Program-made: the position numbers and the translations under genes | Shown: one piece after another, positions 50,438 through 60,104 of the stretch | Numbering within the stretch: position 1 is the stretch's first letter | How the letters are laid out: every line of letters begins with the position of its first letter | Notes under the pieces: generated by a model | Databases searched by the model: none | Told to the model about the DNA's origin: nothing | What the model saw: the letters and a program-made list of their open reading frames with translations, nothing else | NCBI GenBank assembly: GCA_963803145.1 | Contig: CAWDLW010000042.1 | Span: forward strand, 47,342 to 111,341 | From: Methanotrichaceae archaeon | GTDB taxonomy: Archaea > Halobacteriota > Methanosarcinia > Methanotrichales > Methanotrichaceae | Direction: 5' to 3' | DNA: 64,000 bases

Positions 50438-52471
50438 ATGGGTGGCTTATCTTTGGGTGACCTAAATAATCCAAGGGTATTCATAGGTTATGCACGTGAA
50501 GATTCGATAGTAGCTGAAAGACTTTATAATGATCTAAAAAAAGCAGGAGCAGATGTTTGGATAGATAAAGAATCGCTTCTTCCAGGCCAGAAATGGGAAA
50601 TCGAGATAGAAAAAGCTATTCGAAACAGTCATTTTTTCCTGGCTATTCTCTCCAAGCATTCGATATCAAAAAGAGGTTATGTCCAAAAAGAGTTGATTAA
50701 GGCATTCGAAGTCTTGGAAGAAGTTCCTGAATCAGAGATATATATAATACCAGTCAGGCTTGAAGAGTGCCTCCCATCCCAAACTAAGCTTTGTAAGTTA
50801 CATTGGGTGGATATGTTCCCAGATTGGGATAAAGGGTTAAACAAAATTCTTGCTTCATTAGGACTGCAAGTTGTCACAATTAACACTCAGAACCTATATG
50901 AAGCTCATGATCTTGTAAAAACATTACAAGCCAAAGTTGTGATGGAATGGGTGAATAGAGGTAACATTCTTGATAACCAGGGTAAGCATGATGATGCTAT
51001 TATGTCTTACAATAAAGCTATCGAGATAAATCCGGGTTTTACAGAAATCTGGTTCAATAGGGGTGTTGCCCTTCATAATATGGGTAAATGCGACGAAGCT
51101 TTTCAAGATTATGACAGAGCGATCGAGATAGCACCGGACCATCAAGCGGCATGGATTAATAAAGGCGGTGTTCTCATCAGTCAGGGCAAGTACGGTAAGG
51201 CTATTCAAGCTTACGAAAAAGCTATTAGGTTAAATCCAAACGATGCAGATGCCTGGTATAACAAGGGTCTTGCTCTAAGTCACCAGAACAAGTACAATAA
51301 AGCTATACAAGCTTTCATCAAAGCTATCAAGCTGAACCCAAAACATGTAGATGCTTGGGTTGATAAGGGCGTTGCCCTCGATAAACAAAGTAAATATGAT
51401 AAGGCCATTATGGCTTACAACAAAGCAATTGAGCTAAACCCAGATAATATAAGGGCTTGGTACAACAAAGGTCTTAATCTCAGGTTGAGGGATAAGTACG
51501 ATGAAGCAATTCAGGCTTTCGATAAAGCCATTGAGCTAAATCCAAATTATGCAGACGCCTGGAACAATAAAGGCAGTATTCTTGATAACCTGGGTAAGTA
51601 TGACGAGGCTATTCAGGCTTACGATAAAGCTACTGAGCTGGATCCAAATCATATAGAAGCCTGGTACAGGAAAGGATGTGCTTTCTTTAGCCTGAATGAG
51701 TATGACAAGGCGGTTCAAGCCTTTAATAAAACAATTGAGCTGAATCCAACTCTTTATGCAGCCTGGTACAACGAAGGTCTTATTTTCTATCAACAGGGCG
51801 AGTGCGATGAGGCTATTATGGCTTATAACAAAGCTATTGAACTGAAACCCGATGACGCTGATACCTGGAATAATAAAGGCAACGCTCTTCTTAAACAAGG
51901 TAAGTACGATGAGGCCATTCAAGCTTATAATAAGGCAGTTGAGCTAAATCCAAGCTATACAGAGGCTTGGTATAATAGAGGTGTTACTTTTGATGAGCAA
52001 GGCAAGTATGATGAGGCTGTTATGGCTTATAACAAAGCTATTGAATTGAGGCCAAATGATGCAAGAATTTTGAATAACAAAGGCGCTACTCTTATCAATC
52101 AGGGCAAGTATGATGAGGCTATTCTGGTTTGTGATAAGGCTATTGTGCTAAAGCCAGATTATGTTATGGCTTTGGCAAATAAGGGAGTTATTCTTGATCA
52201 TCAGGGCAAATACAACGAAGCAATTCAGTGTTTTAATGAGGTTATCAAGCGAAATCCCGATCTCGTAGCTGCTTGGTACAACAAGGGCGCGGCCCTTTAT
52301 AATCAAGGCAAGTATAATGAGTCTATCGAAGCATGCAACAAAGCCATTGAGATTGATCCAAAATATGCATTAGCCTGGAATAGTAAAGGCCTGGCTCTTA
52401 AGTCGCTTGGGCGCAATTCTGAAGCCAACGCTTCCTTTAACAAAGCGTATGCGCTAATATATTCAAGCTAA
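50438..52471 (+). CDS. TIR-domain protein with 15 TPR repeats
   Basis: VFIGYARED, VWIDKESLLPGQKW, GYVQKEL, IIPVRLE; 34-aa AWYNKG...AIELNP repeats. Confidence 0.92.
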   Translation: MGGLSLGDLNNPRVFIGYAREDSIVAERLYNDLKKAGADVWIDKESLLPGQKWEIEIEKAIRNSHFFLAILSKHSISKRGYVQKELIKAFEVLEEVPESEIYIIPVRLEECLPSQTKLCKLHWVDMFPDWDKGLNKILASLGLQVVTINTQNLYEAHDLVKTLQAKVVMEWVNRGNILDNQGKHDDAIMSYNKAIEINPGFTEIWFNRGVALHNMGKCDEAFQDYDRAIEIAPDHQAAWINKGGVLISQGKYGKAIQAYEKAIRLNPNDADAWYNKGLALSHQNKYNKAIQAFIKAIKLNPKHVDAWVDKGVALDKQSKYDKAIMAYNKAIELNPDNIRAWYNKGLNLRLRDKYDEAIQAFDKAIELNPNYADAWNNKGSILDNLGKYDEAIQAYDKATELDPNHIEAWYRKGCAFFSLNEYDKAVQAFNKTIELNPTLYAAWYNEGLIFYQQGECDEAIMAYNKAIELKPDDADTWNNKGNALLKQGKYDEAIQAYNKAVELNPSYTEAWYNRGVTFDEQGKYDEAVMAYNKAIELRPNDARILNNKGATLINQGKYDEAILVCDKAIVLKPDYVMALANKGVILDHQGKYNEAIQCFNEVIKRNPDLVAAWYNKGAALYNQGKYNESIEACNKAIEIDPKYALAWNSKGLALKSLGRNSEANASFNKAYALIYSS

Positions 52472-52575
52472 TCCCTGCTTTGAGAATAAGTGTAAACTGT
52501 AGCTTCATATATGCTAAGATGATGTTCAGTAACTATCAAATCCCTTCTTTTATCGGGATTTTATTTATCGTAATA

Positions 52576-52595
52576 CCCCGCGGCTTGCGGTGGGG
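52576..52595. other. Isolated GC-rich hairpin resembling IS200/IS605-type or REP-like ends
   Basis: CCCCGCGGC-TT-GCGGTGGGG in AT-rich context. Confidence 0.35.
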
Positions 52596-53059
52596 ATAAA
52601 GTGCGAGTAATCCAATCTAATGTTGATCAGTTAACTTGTTTGCGTCTTTATGCGGTGCCTCGCATACCATGCATCTCTAATGCTTGTATGCGCCGCCATT
52701 TGATTGTTTCTCAAACAGGGAATATATATGTGATACCCCTCTTCGAAAATCATTTTTCAAAGCACTGTTTGATTCTATTATTTGATGATAATTTGATAAT
52801 TCATTCGATGTTTCAACTTCTTCATGCCTCGACCGCGTGGTTCGCTCTAATTCTACCAAACCAACGCCAAATGTTACTATGAACGCCACTAAGATGAGTA
52901 CACCAACCGCTTTGTTTGTCCGTATGCGAATGCCTCCGATCCAGAATTCGAGCTACCACAGATCGATGAGGATAATTTAAGGTCGGCAACCCGATGGACC
53001 AAGCTAGGTTTAAAAACTAGCGAGCATAATGAAAGAATATATGAGAGAATGCCGCTATC

Positions 53060-54281
53060 CTAATCCTTTATCTTTTTACCGAAGTCCTCGACCTTTAGCT
53101 GGTAAAGCGCTATCAAAGATAGATATAAGGAATATGGCAGGCTGCACTGTTCAAGATCTTCTACAAGATTTCCAACCTTTTCGATGGATTCCTTTGCTTC
53201 CGCTAAGCATTTGACTATCTCGTCATCCTTATATGCGATATTCTTTGAAAGAAGTGTGTGAAGCCTCAATATCAACTCATAGCTTAGCTTGAAATCCCTT
53301 GATAATTCCTCTGCGAGTTCATCCGTTTTAACATCAGTTCTTTGGAGCATGGAGATATATTTCTTAAGCTCCTCCTGGGCTTTTTTCAGATTGGTGATAT
53401 CGACAAAGGAATATGCTATGTAAACAGGTCTACCTAACCGATCGCAGATATTATTGACAGATATCCTTGCGAAGAGCTTTGTACCATCTTTTCTTAACGC
53501 GGCCGTCTCTCCAATCCAATTTCCTTTGTGATGTCAAGTCTTTAAGTATCAGGACTACGCCCATCACGGCTCCTTGAACATCGGCTATGGGGGATGCGAC
53601 ATAGTCTACAGGGACATCCTTTCCATTTGCCCCACTGAGCAGATTGCACCCTGTTGAGGATACCACAGAATTTTTGGATAATGTAGTACTGACTAGGTTG
53701 TTCACTGGAGTCCAGGTTTCTTCATCGATAATCCTTATGACCTCATCCAGGCTCTTTCCTATGGCATCATCACGCTTCAAGCCCATGAGCCTCTCAGCAG
53801 AGGAGTTCACAAAGGTAATGTGTCCATCATTATCTGTGGCTATCACTGTATCGCCCATGCTTCTGAGAACAGTCTCCAACCAGTGATGGCTCTCCCTAAG
53901 TTTATCCATCGTATGCCTATAAAGGGCCATTTCCAAGGCTATTTGCAGCTCTTTATCATTATAGGGCTTGACAAGATATCCAAAGGGTTCGGTTATCTTT
54001 GCCCTCTTCACTGTTTCATCATCAGCGTAAGCAGTTAGATAAATGATTGGAACCTTTAAGTTGCTGCGAATTTTGTTAGCTGCCTCTATGCCATCCATAT
54101 CCCCCTTTAGAACTATATCCATCAAGATCAGATCGGGCCTGTGCATAGCAGCCAGTTCAATAGTCTCCCCGCCTGTTGAAGCTGTGGCTAGCACATTATA
54201 ACCTAACTTCTCAAGTGTTTCCTTGAGTTCGATTGCCAATATGCCCTCATCCTCTACTATTAAGACGTTCGCGTTTGTCAT
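53060..54281 (-). pseudogene. REC-PAS-(PAS) response regulator disrupted by internal deletion/frameshift
   Basis: REC (IVEDE, LMDIVL, YLTA, YLVKP) plus PAS; near 53520 a second frame reads WIGETAALRKDG...FVDITNLKKAQEEL and runs into ORF 53060-53350. Confidence 0.75.
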
Positions 54282-54295
54282 TTCTTCTTCCCCCA

Positions 54296-57200
54296 TCACT
54301 TTAACCCTTTGAAATGAATCTCACATCTAGTTCCATTGATTGTATCTAGGCTCATATTGCCATCGATCTGCTTAACAAGGGTATTTATCAGTCGGAACCC
54401 TAAAGTCTTCGAATCTTTGATATTTAGATCGCCCTTGATCCCTATACCATTATCACTTATAATCAGCTTAAAGCCATCATCCTCAGAACTAAGGTCAATG
54501 CAGATTTCTCCTTTCTTGCCATCTGGAAAGGCGTGTTTAAGGGAGTTGGAGACCAGCTCGTTTATGATCATGCCACAGGGAATAGCGGTGTTTATATTCA
54601 AAAAAACATTATCTGAATTTACTTTAAAGTTGATCTTGCTTGCTAGATCACCATAAGACTGAGATAAATGGGAGATCAGGTGTTTTATGTACTCACTGAA
54701 ATTGACCTTTCCTAAATCCTTAGATCTATACAAATTCTCGTGGATCAGTGCCATGGATTTGATACGGTTCTGGCTATCCCTGAAGATTTTTATGATATCC
54801 TCATCAGTGAGGTACGATGACTGCAGTTTCAGAAGGGCAGAGATCACCTGTAAATTGTTCTTGACACGGTGGTGAACCTCTTTGAGAAGGACTTCCTTCT
54901 CTTGGAGAGAAGCTATAATCCTGTCCTCAGCTTGCTTTCTATCTGTAATGTCTCTGGCTATGCCTATCAAGAACTGATTTCCTGCATTATCTGTATAAGG
55001 GGTCTTCTTGACGAGAACTGTAAGGGTTACATCTGGAGCAAAGGTGTTTGTCTCCTCATTTGTAATCTCGACTCCTGTCCTGAAAGCCTCCTCGTCCTTC
55101 TTCCAAGAGATCTCGGCCATCTCTTTGGAGGGAAAGAGATCGTAAGGAGTCCTGCCTAGGATCTCCTCCCTAGGACGACCAAAGAGCTTGCATACCGCAT
55201 CATTTACCAGAGTCATCCTATGCTGTCTATCCTTGACAAATAATGGGTCGCCAATGGAGTTGATTATCTTGTTCAAATAGTCCTTCGACTCTTGCAGGTC
55301 CTTCTCCATCTTTTTTTGTTCAGTGATGTCCTTGACGGATTCGATTGCTCCAACGATCTTTCCCTGGGAGTCATATATTGGAGAGGCTACACCCCAAACA
55401 TAGGCTCCAACCCTTTTCAAGTTGGGCGTGAATGCATATCCTACTAGGGTGCCATCAACCCACTTCAGGTCAGAGTACCTTTTCTCAAATTCGGACTGTG
55501 GTTTGAGCACCAAGTCGATCAGTAAAGGCCTCTTCTCGCCGTAGAATGGCAGAGAATACTCACAGTCCCCTTTGCCAAGGATGTCCCAAGCCTTGATCCC
55601 AGTCATGGCCTCTATAGCCTTATTCCAGGCTATTACCTTACCCTCGGTATCTATTACGACAGTAGCATCGGGCAGAAAGTTGATGATATCTGTTAACCGC
55701 CTCTCGGACTCCAATAGAGCATTCTCCATATGCTTCCTTTCAGTTATGTCCAGAATGACGCCCACAAGACCTGCCAGTCGACCTTCAGTATCGAAGTACG
55801 TGGCTTTGCTGAACATAACATCGTGTCTGCTTCCGTCAGCATGAACCATTGAGGCCTCGTACATCTGCTCCCCAGGATCTTGGAAAAGTTTGTTGTCTGC
55901 CTCGTAATATATATCAGCTAAATCTTTGGGGTATAGCTCGTATACTGTATGTCCCACTATCTTGTCTTTGCAGTAGCCTGTAATGGCTTCAAAAGCTATG
56001 TTGCAGCCAAGGTAGACACCTTTCGTGTCTTTGTAAAAGATCGGGCTAGGGATTGAATCTATCAATTGCTGTAGAAAATTCAATTGTTCTTGTAGAGTTC
56101 TTTCTGCTCTTCTATATTCTGTAATGTCACGGATGGATTCTATGGCTCCTATGCGGTTACCTTTATTATCAAATAGAGGTGCTCCAGTTGCCCATACATA
56201 GGCCCCTTTGCCTCCGTACAACGCAGGTGTGAATGTTTCAGCATAGAGTGTGTTTCCTTTTCTCTGTACATATTGATACTTGGAAGCAAGATCATTATCG
56301 TTTAGATCTATGAGATCCAGCAAATGACTCCTTCGTTCGCCATAGAATGGGATTGTGTAAGCATAGTCCCCCTTTCCGATAATATTGTCCTTGTTGACCC
56401 CGGTCATCTCTTCAATGGCACGATTCCAAGCAATTACTCTCTTATCGTTATCTATGACGAATGTTGCATCTGGGAGAAACTCAATGATGGCAGCCAGTTT
56501 GCTCTCTGAATCTCGTAGCGCTTCCTCAGCCTGCTTGCGCTCTGTGATGTCCAGATACGTTCCGAGCACGCCTATGATCTCCCCCTCAGAACCGCGCAGA
56601 GGTATCTTGCTTGTAAGAAGAACGATGGTGTTGCCATCCGGGGTCGTCTGGGGTTCTTCGATGAGTAATTTTGGCAGGCCGCTCTCGATGACCTGGAGGT
56701 CATCGGCGCGATATAATTCTGCCTGGTCACGCCATGCCATCTGGAAATCATCTTTGCCGACTATATCTTTCGGATCGGCGAAACCTGAATCTTGCGCGAA
56801 TATCGTGTTACATCCCAAGTAAACGAGATCTTTATCCTTCCAAAATACCCTTACGGGTATTGTGTTGATAATCCCGTCGAGGATTTGATGAGATGCGCGT
56901 AGCTTCTCCTCTGCCTCCTTGCGCTCAGTTATATCCATCAGAGATGCAATGCTTTTCTTTGTCCCAGGGATAGCACCAACGCGCAATAGCATATCCATGA
57001 CATTGCCATTTTTGTTAATGGCTCGAAACTCATAGCTATTTAGCGCTAAATTAGGATCAGTCCTTCTCAATTCATGCTGTTGCATCATCCTTTCGAAATC
57101 CTCTTTTAAGACGAACTCTGTCCAGCTAATCTTACCTTCAACCTCATCTTTGCTATAGCCAGAAAGCCTTTCGAATTCCGAATTGGCCAGCGATATGGTA

Positions 57201-58795
57201 GTATTATCCTCAATAATTACTGCTGCAGTACCGGTATTCTCGAAAATGGCTCTATACATATTCTCCGATTCCTGCAGTGCCTTTTCTGCCCTTTTTCGAT
57301 CACTGATATTTACAGCAACGTGTACCACTCCGGTCACGTTTCCATTTGCGCCCTTGATGAGGTTGCTGTGAGATATCCAGACATTGCCATCGGGAGTAAT
57401 CAGCTCGCCCTCCTGAGATTGTGCAGTTTGAAGAGCCTTCAAGGCCGTACAACCTGGGCAGGACGATTCAAGGCCTTGAATGACCTCAAAGCAACGCTTT
57501 CCCTTTATTTCGTCCTCAGAAAGGCCAAGGTGCTTTCGAACAGCATTGTTTAACCAGATAATGTGCATCTGGGGATCGAGATATTCGACAGATACATTCT
57601 TCAGGCCGTCCAGAATCGCCCCCTTTTCTTGCTCCGATTTGCGCAGGGCATCCTCAGCAAGCTTTCGCTCGGTTATGTCTTCTCCAGAGCTGAGAGTTCC
57701 GATAATACACCCTTTTTCGTCTTGGAGGATCGTAGTATGCCATGCTATAAAGCGCTCTTCGCCCTTTTTAGTAAGAATATAGCTCTCATAATATTCAAAG
57801 GCTTTGATCTCTCCCGAGTTGATTTTTCTGTTGACCTCATGAACTTGCTGGTGATCCTGGGGACGGAGACAGGTATGGATCCAATCTTTGCCTATAAGCT
57901 CGCCTTCCTCATATCCGAGGACTTGATTGCCCTTCCTGTTTAGGAGAGTTATTCTGGCATGGGTGTCAAGGGCGACAATGATGACTTCTGCAATGTTAAG
58001 GTATCTTTCTGCCAGATCTCTTTCTGCTCTGAGAGCTTCCTCTGCCAGTTTACGTTCTGTAATCTCTTCGGATAGCATAAAGTTTTTTTCGCTAAGGCCG
58101 GTCGTGGCTTCTTTAACGAGTTCTTCTAGGTGATCCCGATGCTTTGTCAGCTCTTCTTCAGCCAGTCTGCGCTCTGCAAGTTCGTTATCGGCATGTGCCA
58201 ATGCATTATTCATGGATTGAAGTGCGGAAAAAGTCAGGCTGCCTCCCCAACCAAAGATAGCAGTGTAGGTGATCCACTGGGTGATCGTGATAGAATAATT
58301 GGGAGCAGGCAATAGACCCATAGTCTCCGCCAGCATCAGTCCGCCGACCAGAAGAGAGCTGATAGCGGTTGTAACTATCATTCCCCTGAGGTCAAATAGC
58401 AAGCCTGCTGTAATTATCAGCAGCAAATACATCGCTGTAGAAGGCACACGAATGGTGCCTAAATTTGCAATAGCTGCAGTGATACCAATGAACCCCAAGG
58501 CCATGAGACCAAAGCTTGCCAGTCGTATTCTGCCACGACGCGACCAATAGAACAAGATCAAACATAAGATAATAGCCAGAGCATCAACCACGATCACAGC
58601 TACTGGAGTCTTGCCTCCAAGAAAATTGGAGATAATGAGTACTGGTATGAGCACCAAAACATTAATCAATGCGAGGTTGAGCACCTTAGCTCGGTGCGTT
58701 TTGTCTCCCTCATTTGGGAAAACCGGCGATGTGAGCCAGCCTGTGATCTGAAGAACTAGCTCTTCCCCTCTTGAAGTGGCTTTCGAAGATTGCAT
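54296..58795 (-). CDS. Membrane-anchored histidine kinase with 8 PAS domains (HisKA_2)
   Basis: N-terminal TM bundle; eight PAS/PAC units ending DITERK-like; EVHHRVKNNL, NELVSNSLKHAF, SDNGIG. Confidence 0.93.
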   Translation of the reverse strand: MQSSKATSRGEELVLQITGWLTSPVFPNEGDKTHRAKVLNLALINVLVLIPVLIISNFLGGKTPVAVIVVDALAIILCLILFYWSRRGRIRLASFGLMALGFIGITAAIANLGTIRVPSTAMYLLLIITAGLLFDLRGMIVTTAISSLLVGGLMLAETMGLLPAPNYSITITQWITYTAIFGWGGSLTFSALQSMNNALAHADNELAERRLAEEELTKHRDHLEELVKEATTGLSEKNFMLSEEITERKLAEEALRAERDLAERYLNIAEVIIVALDTHARITLLNRKGNQVLGYEEGELIGKDWIHTCLRPQDHQQVHEVNRKINSGEIKAFEYYESYILTKKGEERFIAWHTTILQDEKGCIIGTLSSGEDITERKLAEDALRKSEQEKGAILDGLKNVSVEYLDPQMHIIWLNNAVRKHLGLSEDEIKGKRCFEVIQGLESSCPGCTALKALQTAQSQEGELITPDGNVWISHSNLIKGANGNVTGVVHVAVNISDRKRAEKALQESENMYRAIFENTGTAAVIIEDNTTISLANSEFERLSGYSKDEVEGKISWTEFVLKEDFERMMQQHELRRTDPNLALNSYEFRAINKNGNVMDMLLRVGAIPGTKKSIASLMDITERKEAEEKLRASHQILDGIINTIPVRVFWKDKDLVYLGCNTIFAQDSGFADPKDIVGKDDFQMAWRDQAELYRADDLQVIESGLPKLLIEEPQTTPDGNTIVLLTSKIPLRGSEGEIIGVLGTYLDITERKQAEEALRDSESKLAAIIEFLPDATFVIDNDKRVIAWNRAIEEMTGVNKDNIIGKGDYAYTIPFYGERRSHLLDLIDLNDNDLASKYQYVQRKGNTLYAETFTPALYGGKGAYVWATGAPLFDNKGNRIGAIESIRDITEYRRAERTLQEQLNFLQQLIDSIPSPIFYKDTKGVYLGCNIAFEAITGYCKDKIVGHTVYELYPKDLADIYYEADNKLFQDPGEQMYEASMVHADGSRHDVMFSKATYFDTEGRLAGLVGVILDITERKHMENALLESERRLTDIINFLPDATVVIDTEGKVIAWNKAIEAMTGIKAWDILGKGDCEYSLPFYGEKRPLLIDLVLKPQSEFEKRYSDLKWVDGTLVGYAFTPNLKRVGAYVWGVASPIYDSQGKIVGAIESVKDITEQKKMEKDLQESKDYLNKIINSIGDPLFVKDRQHRMTLVNDAVCKLFGRPREEILGRTPYDLFPSKEMAEISWKKDEEAFRTGVEITNEETNTFAPDVTLTVLVKKTPYTDNAGNQFLIGIARDITDRKQAEDRIIASLQEKEVLLKEVHHRVKNNLQVISALLKLQSSYLTDEDIIKIFRDSQNRIKSMALIHENLYRSKDLGKVNFSEYIKHLISHLSQSYGDLASKINFKVNSDNVFLNINTAIPCGMIINELVSNSLKHAFPDGKKGEICIDLSSEDDGFKLIISDNGIGIKGDLNIKDSKTLGFRLINTLVKQIDGNMSLDTINGTRCEIHFKGLK

Positions 58796-59083
58796 AAACC
58801 TCTTAGCTGGTTTGTGGCATGCTTAATGGTAGAGCGCTGAACTTTGTACAAATGCTCATTTTTTATTAAATAAATGTGTCGGTCTTACCTGATTTATCAT
58901 GATCAGTTTCCATTAAGCGAGTTTAATATTAGCACTATAAAGCATCCATAAAGCCCGTTTAACTATAAAATTTAATTAAATTAAGTCTTTAAAAGATTAT
59001 AATTGCTGGTGTCCTTATGATACCTATCTGGTTTCATTGATTGTATATCCTAAAGGGGTTTCATTCTTTGCATAACCCCGTAG

Positions 59084-59398
59084 TTACATATCAGTTGATA
59101 AGTCATCTGTCGGGTCGCTAAGATAGTCATCTGTCGAGTTATCGGTACCATAATATCCAGGGTAGTTTTTAGGCTTAGTTCCCCAGGACCAGAAGTCGGA
59201 GGATGTGCCGTTAATCCCATTCAGGTTTGTCGTTTGGTTAGTTGCATTTAGAGAATCATTGGTCTGATTCAGAGGGCTTTGGGTCAGACTATTCAGTAAG
59301 CTCAGGCCTTCTGAGCCGTTCAGCTTAATGGGTGTCTGGCTGTAGGTCAGAGCAGTCATCAACATCAGTAGAAACAATACCAATATCAGGCGTTTCAT
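59084..59398 (-). CDS. Secreted DLWSWG-motif protein, paralog 3
   Basis: Signal peptide MKRLILVLFLL, TPIKLNGSEG, SDFWSWGTKP. Confidence 0.7.
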   Translation of the reverse strand: MKRLILVLFLLMLMTALTYSQTPIKLNGSEGLSLLNSLTQSPLNQTNDSLNATNQTTNLNGINGTSSDFWSWGTKPKNYPGYYGTDNSTDDYLSDPTDDLSTDM

Positions 59399-60104
59399 AT
59401 AGCTCATCAAGGGGTTTTTAGTCTATCCATGCTTATTTATGCTTCGCTAGTTTGAGCTGTCTTAGGTGGCTATTAAACTCCGATTCTTCCTGTCGGAGTG
59501 GTCTCTCATCTGTTCCATTGGATGGCGCAATAAGATACTCTAATTCCAATATGGGTGGATCGAAGCATTTTGATCTTATGAAAGATATGCGTGGTCCCTC
59601 ATTCAAAAGACTTAAATCATTTGCCAATATTTACTGCGCAATGATCAAAAATGTGCATAGTCCGAATAATGCTGGAAGGCATGCGGATGATTCCAGTTGC
59701 TAGATTGCGAATCGAACCTCTGACCGAAAGCTGGCTCCGCATACATCGGCCAGGATGAAAAGGAGATACAGTCCGCTTTGTGGCCATATCGCTATTTAAG
59801 ATAGCAATGTACAGAATTGCGGATCGTGAGATGCTGACGCAAAATGCGATCTTCAAGAGGTTTGAGGCAGATAAATCGATAGCAATGCCTGGCAGATCAT
59901 TTTTGATCATTGGGGCAGATGTGATTATGAGAGAGAATTCCTATGATAGCAGATTGGGATAAAGAGATAGGAACTAGAGACAGCAGCTTGTTTGATTTCT
60001 TAATAAAGTATATATTATGGTGAATAATTGATAATAGCTTGATGAAAACTGATATCATAAGAACCTCCAGCACCTGAAAAGTTGATAATGAGAAAAGGGA
60101 GAAG

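Noticed and set aside
50940-52450. Regular 102-bp DNA repeats as a possible CRISPR array
   Set aside because: They are degenerate TPR coding repeats in an open frame; no identical repeats with unique spacers and no cas genes.
59433-59962. Several short overlapping ORFs upstream of the etf genes
   Set aside because: No recognisable motif in any frame; probably degraded sequence.
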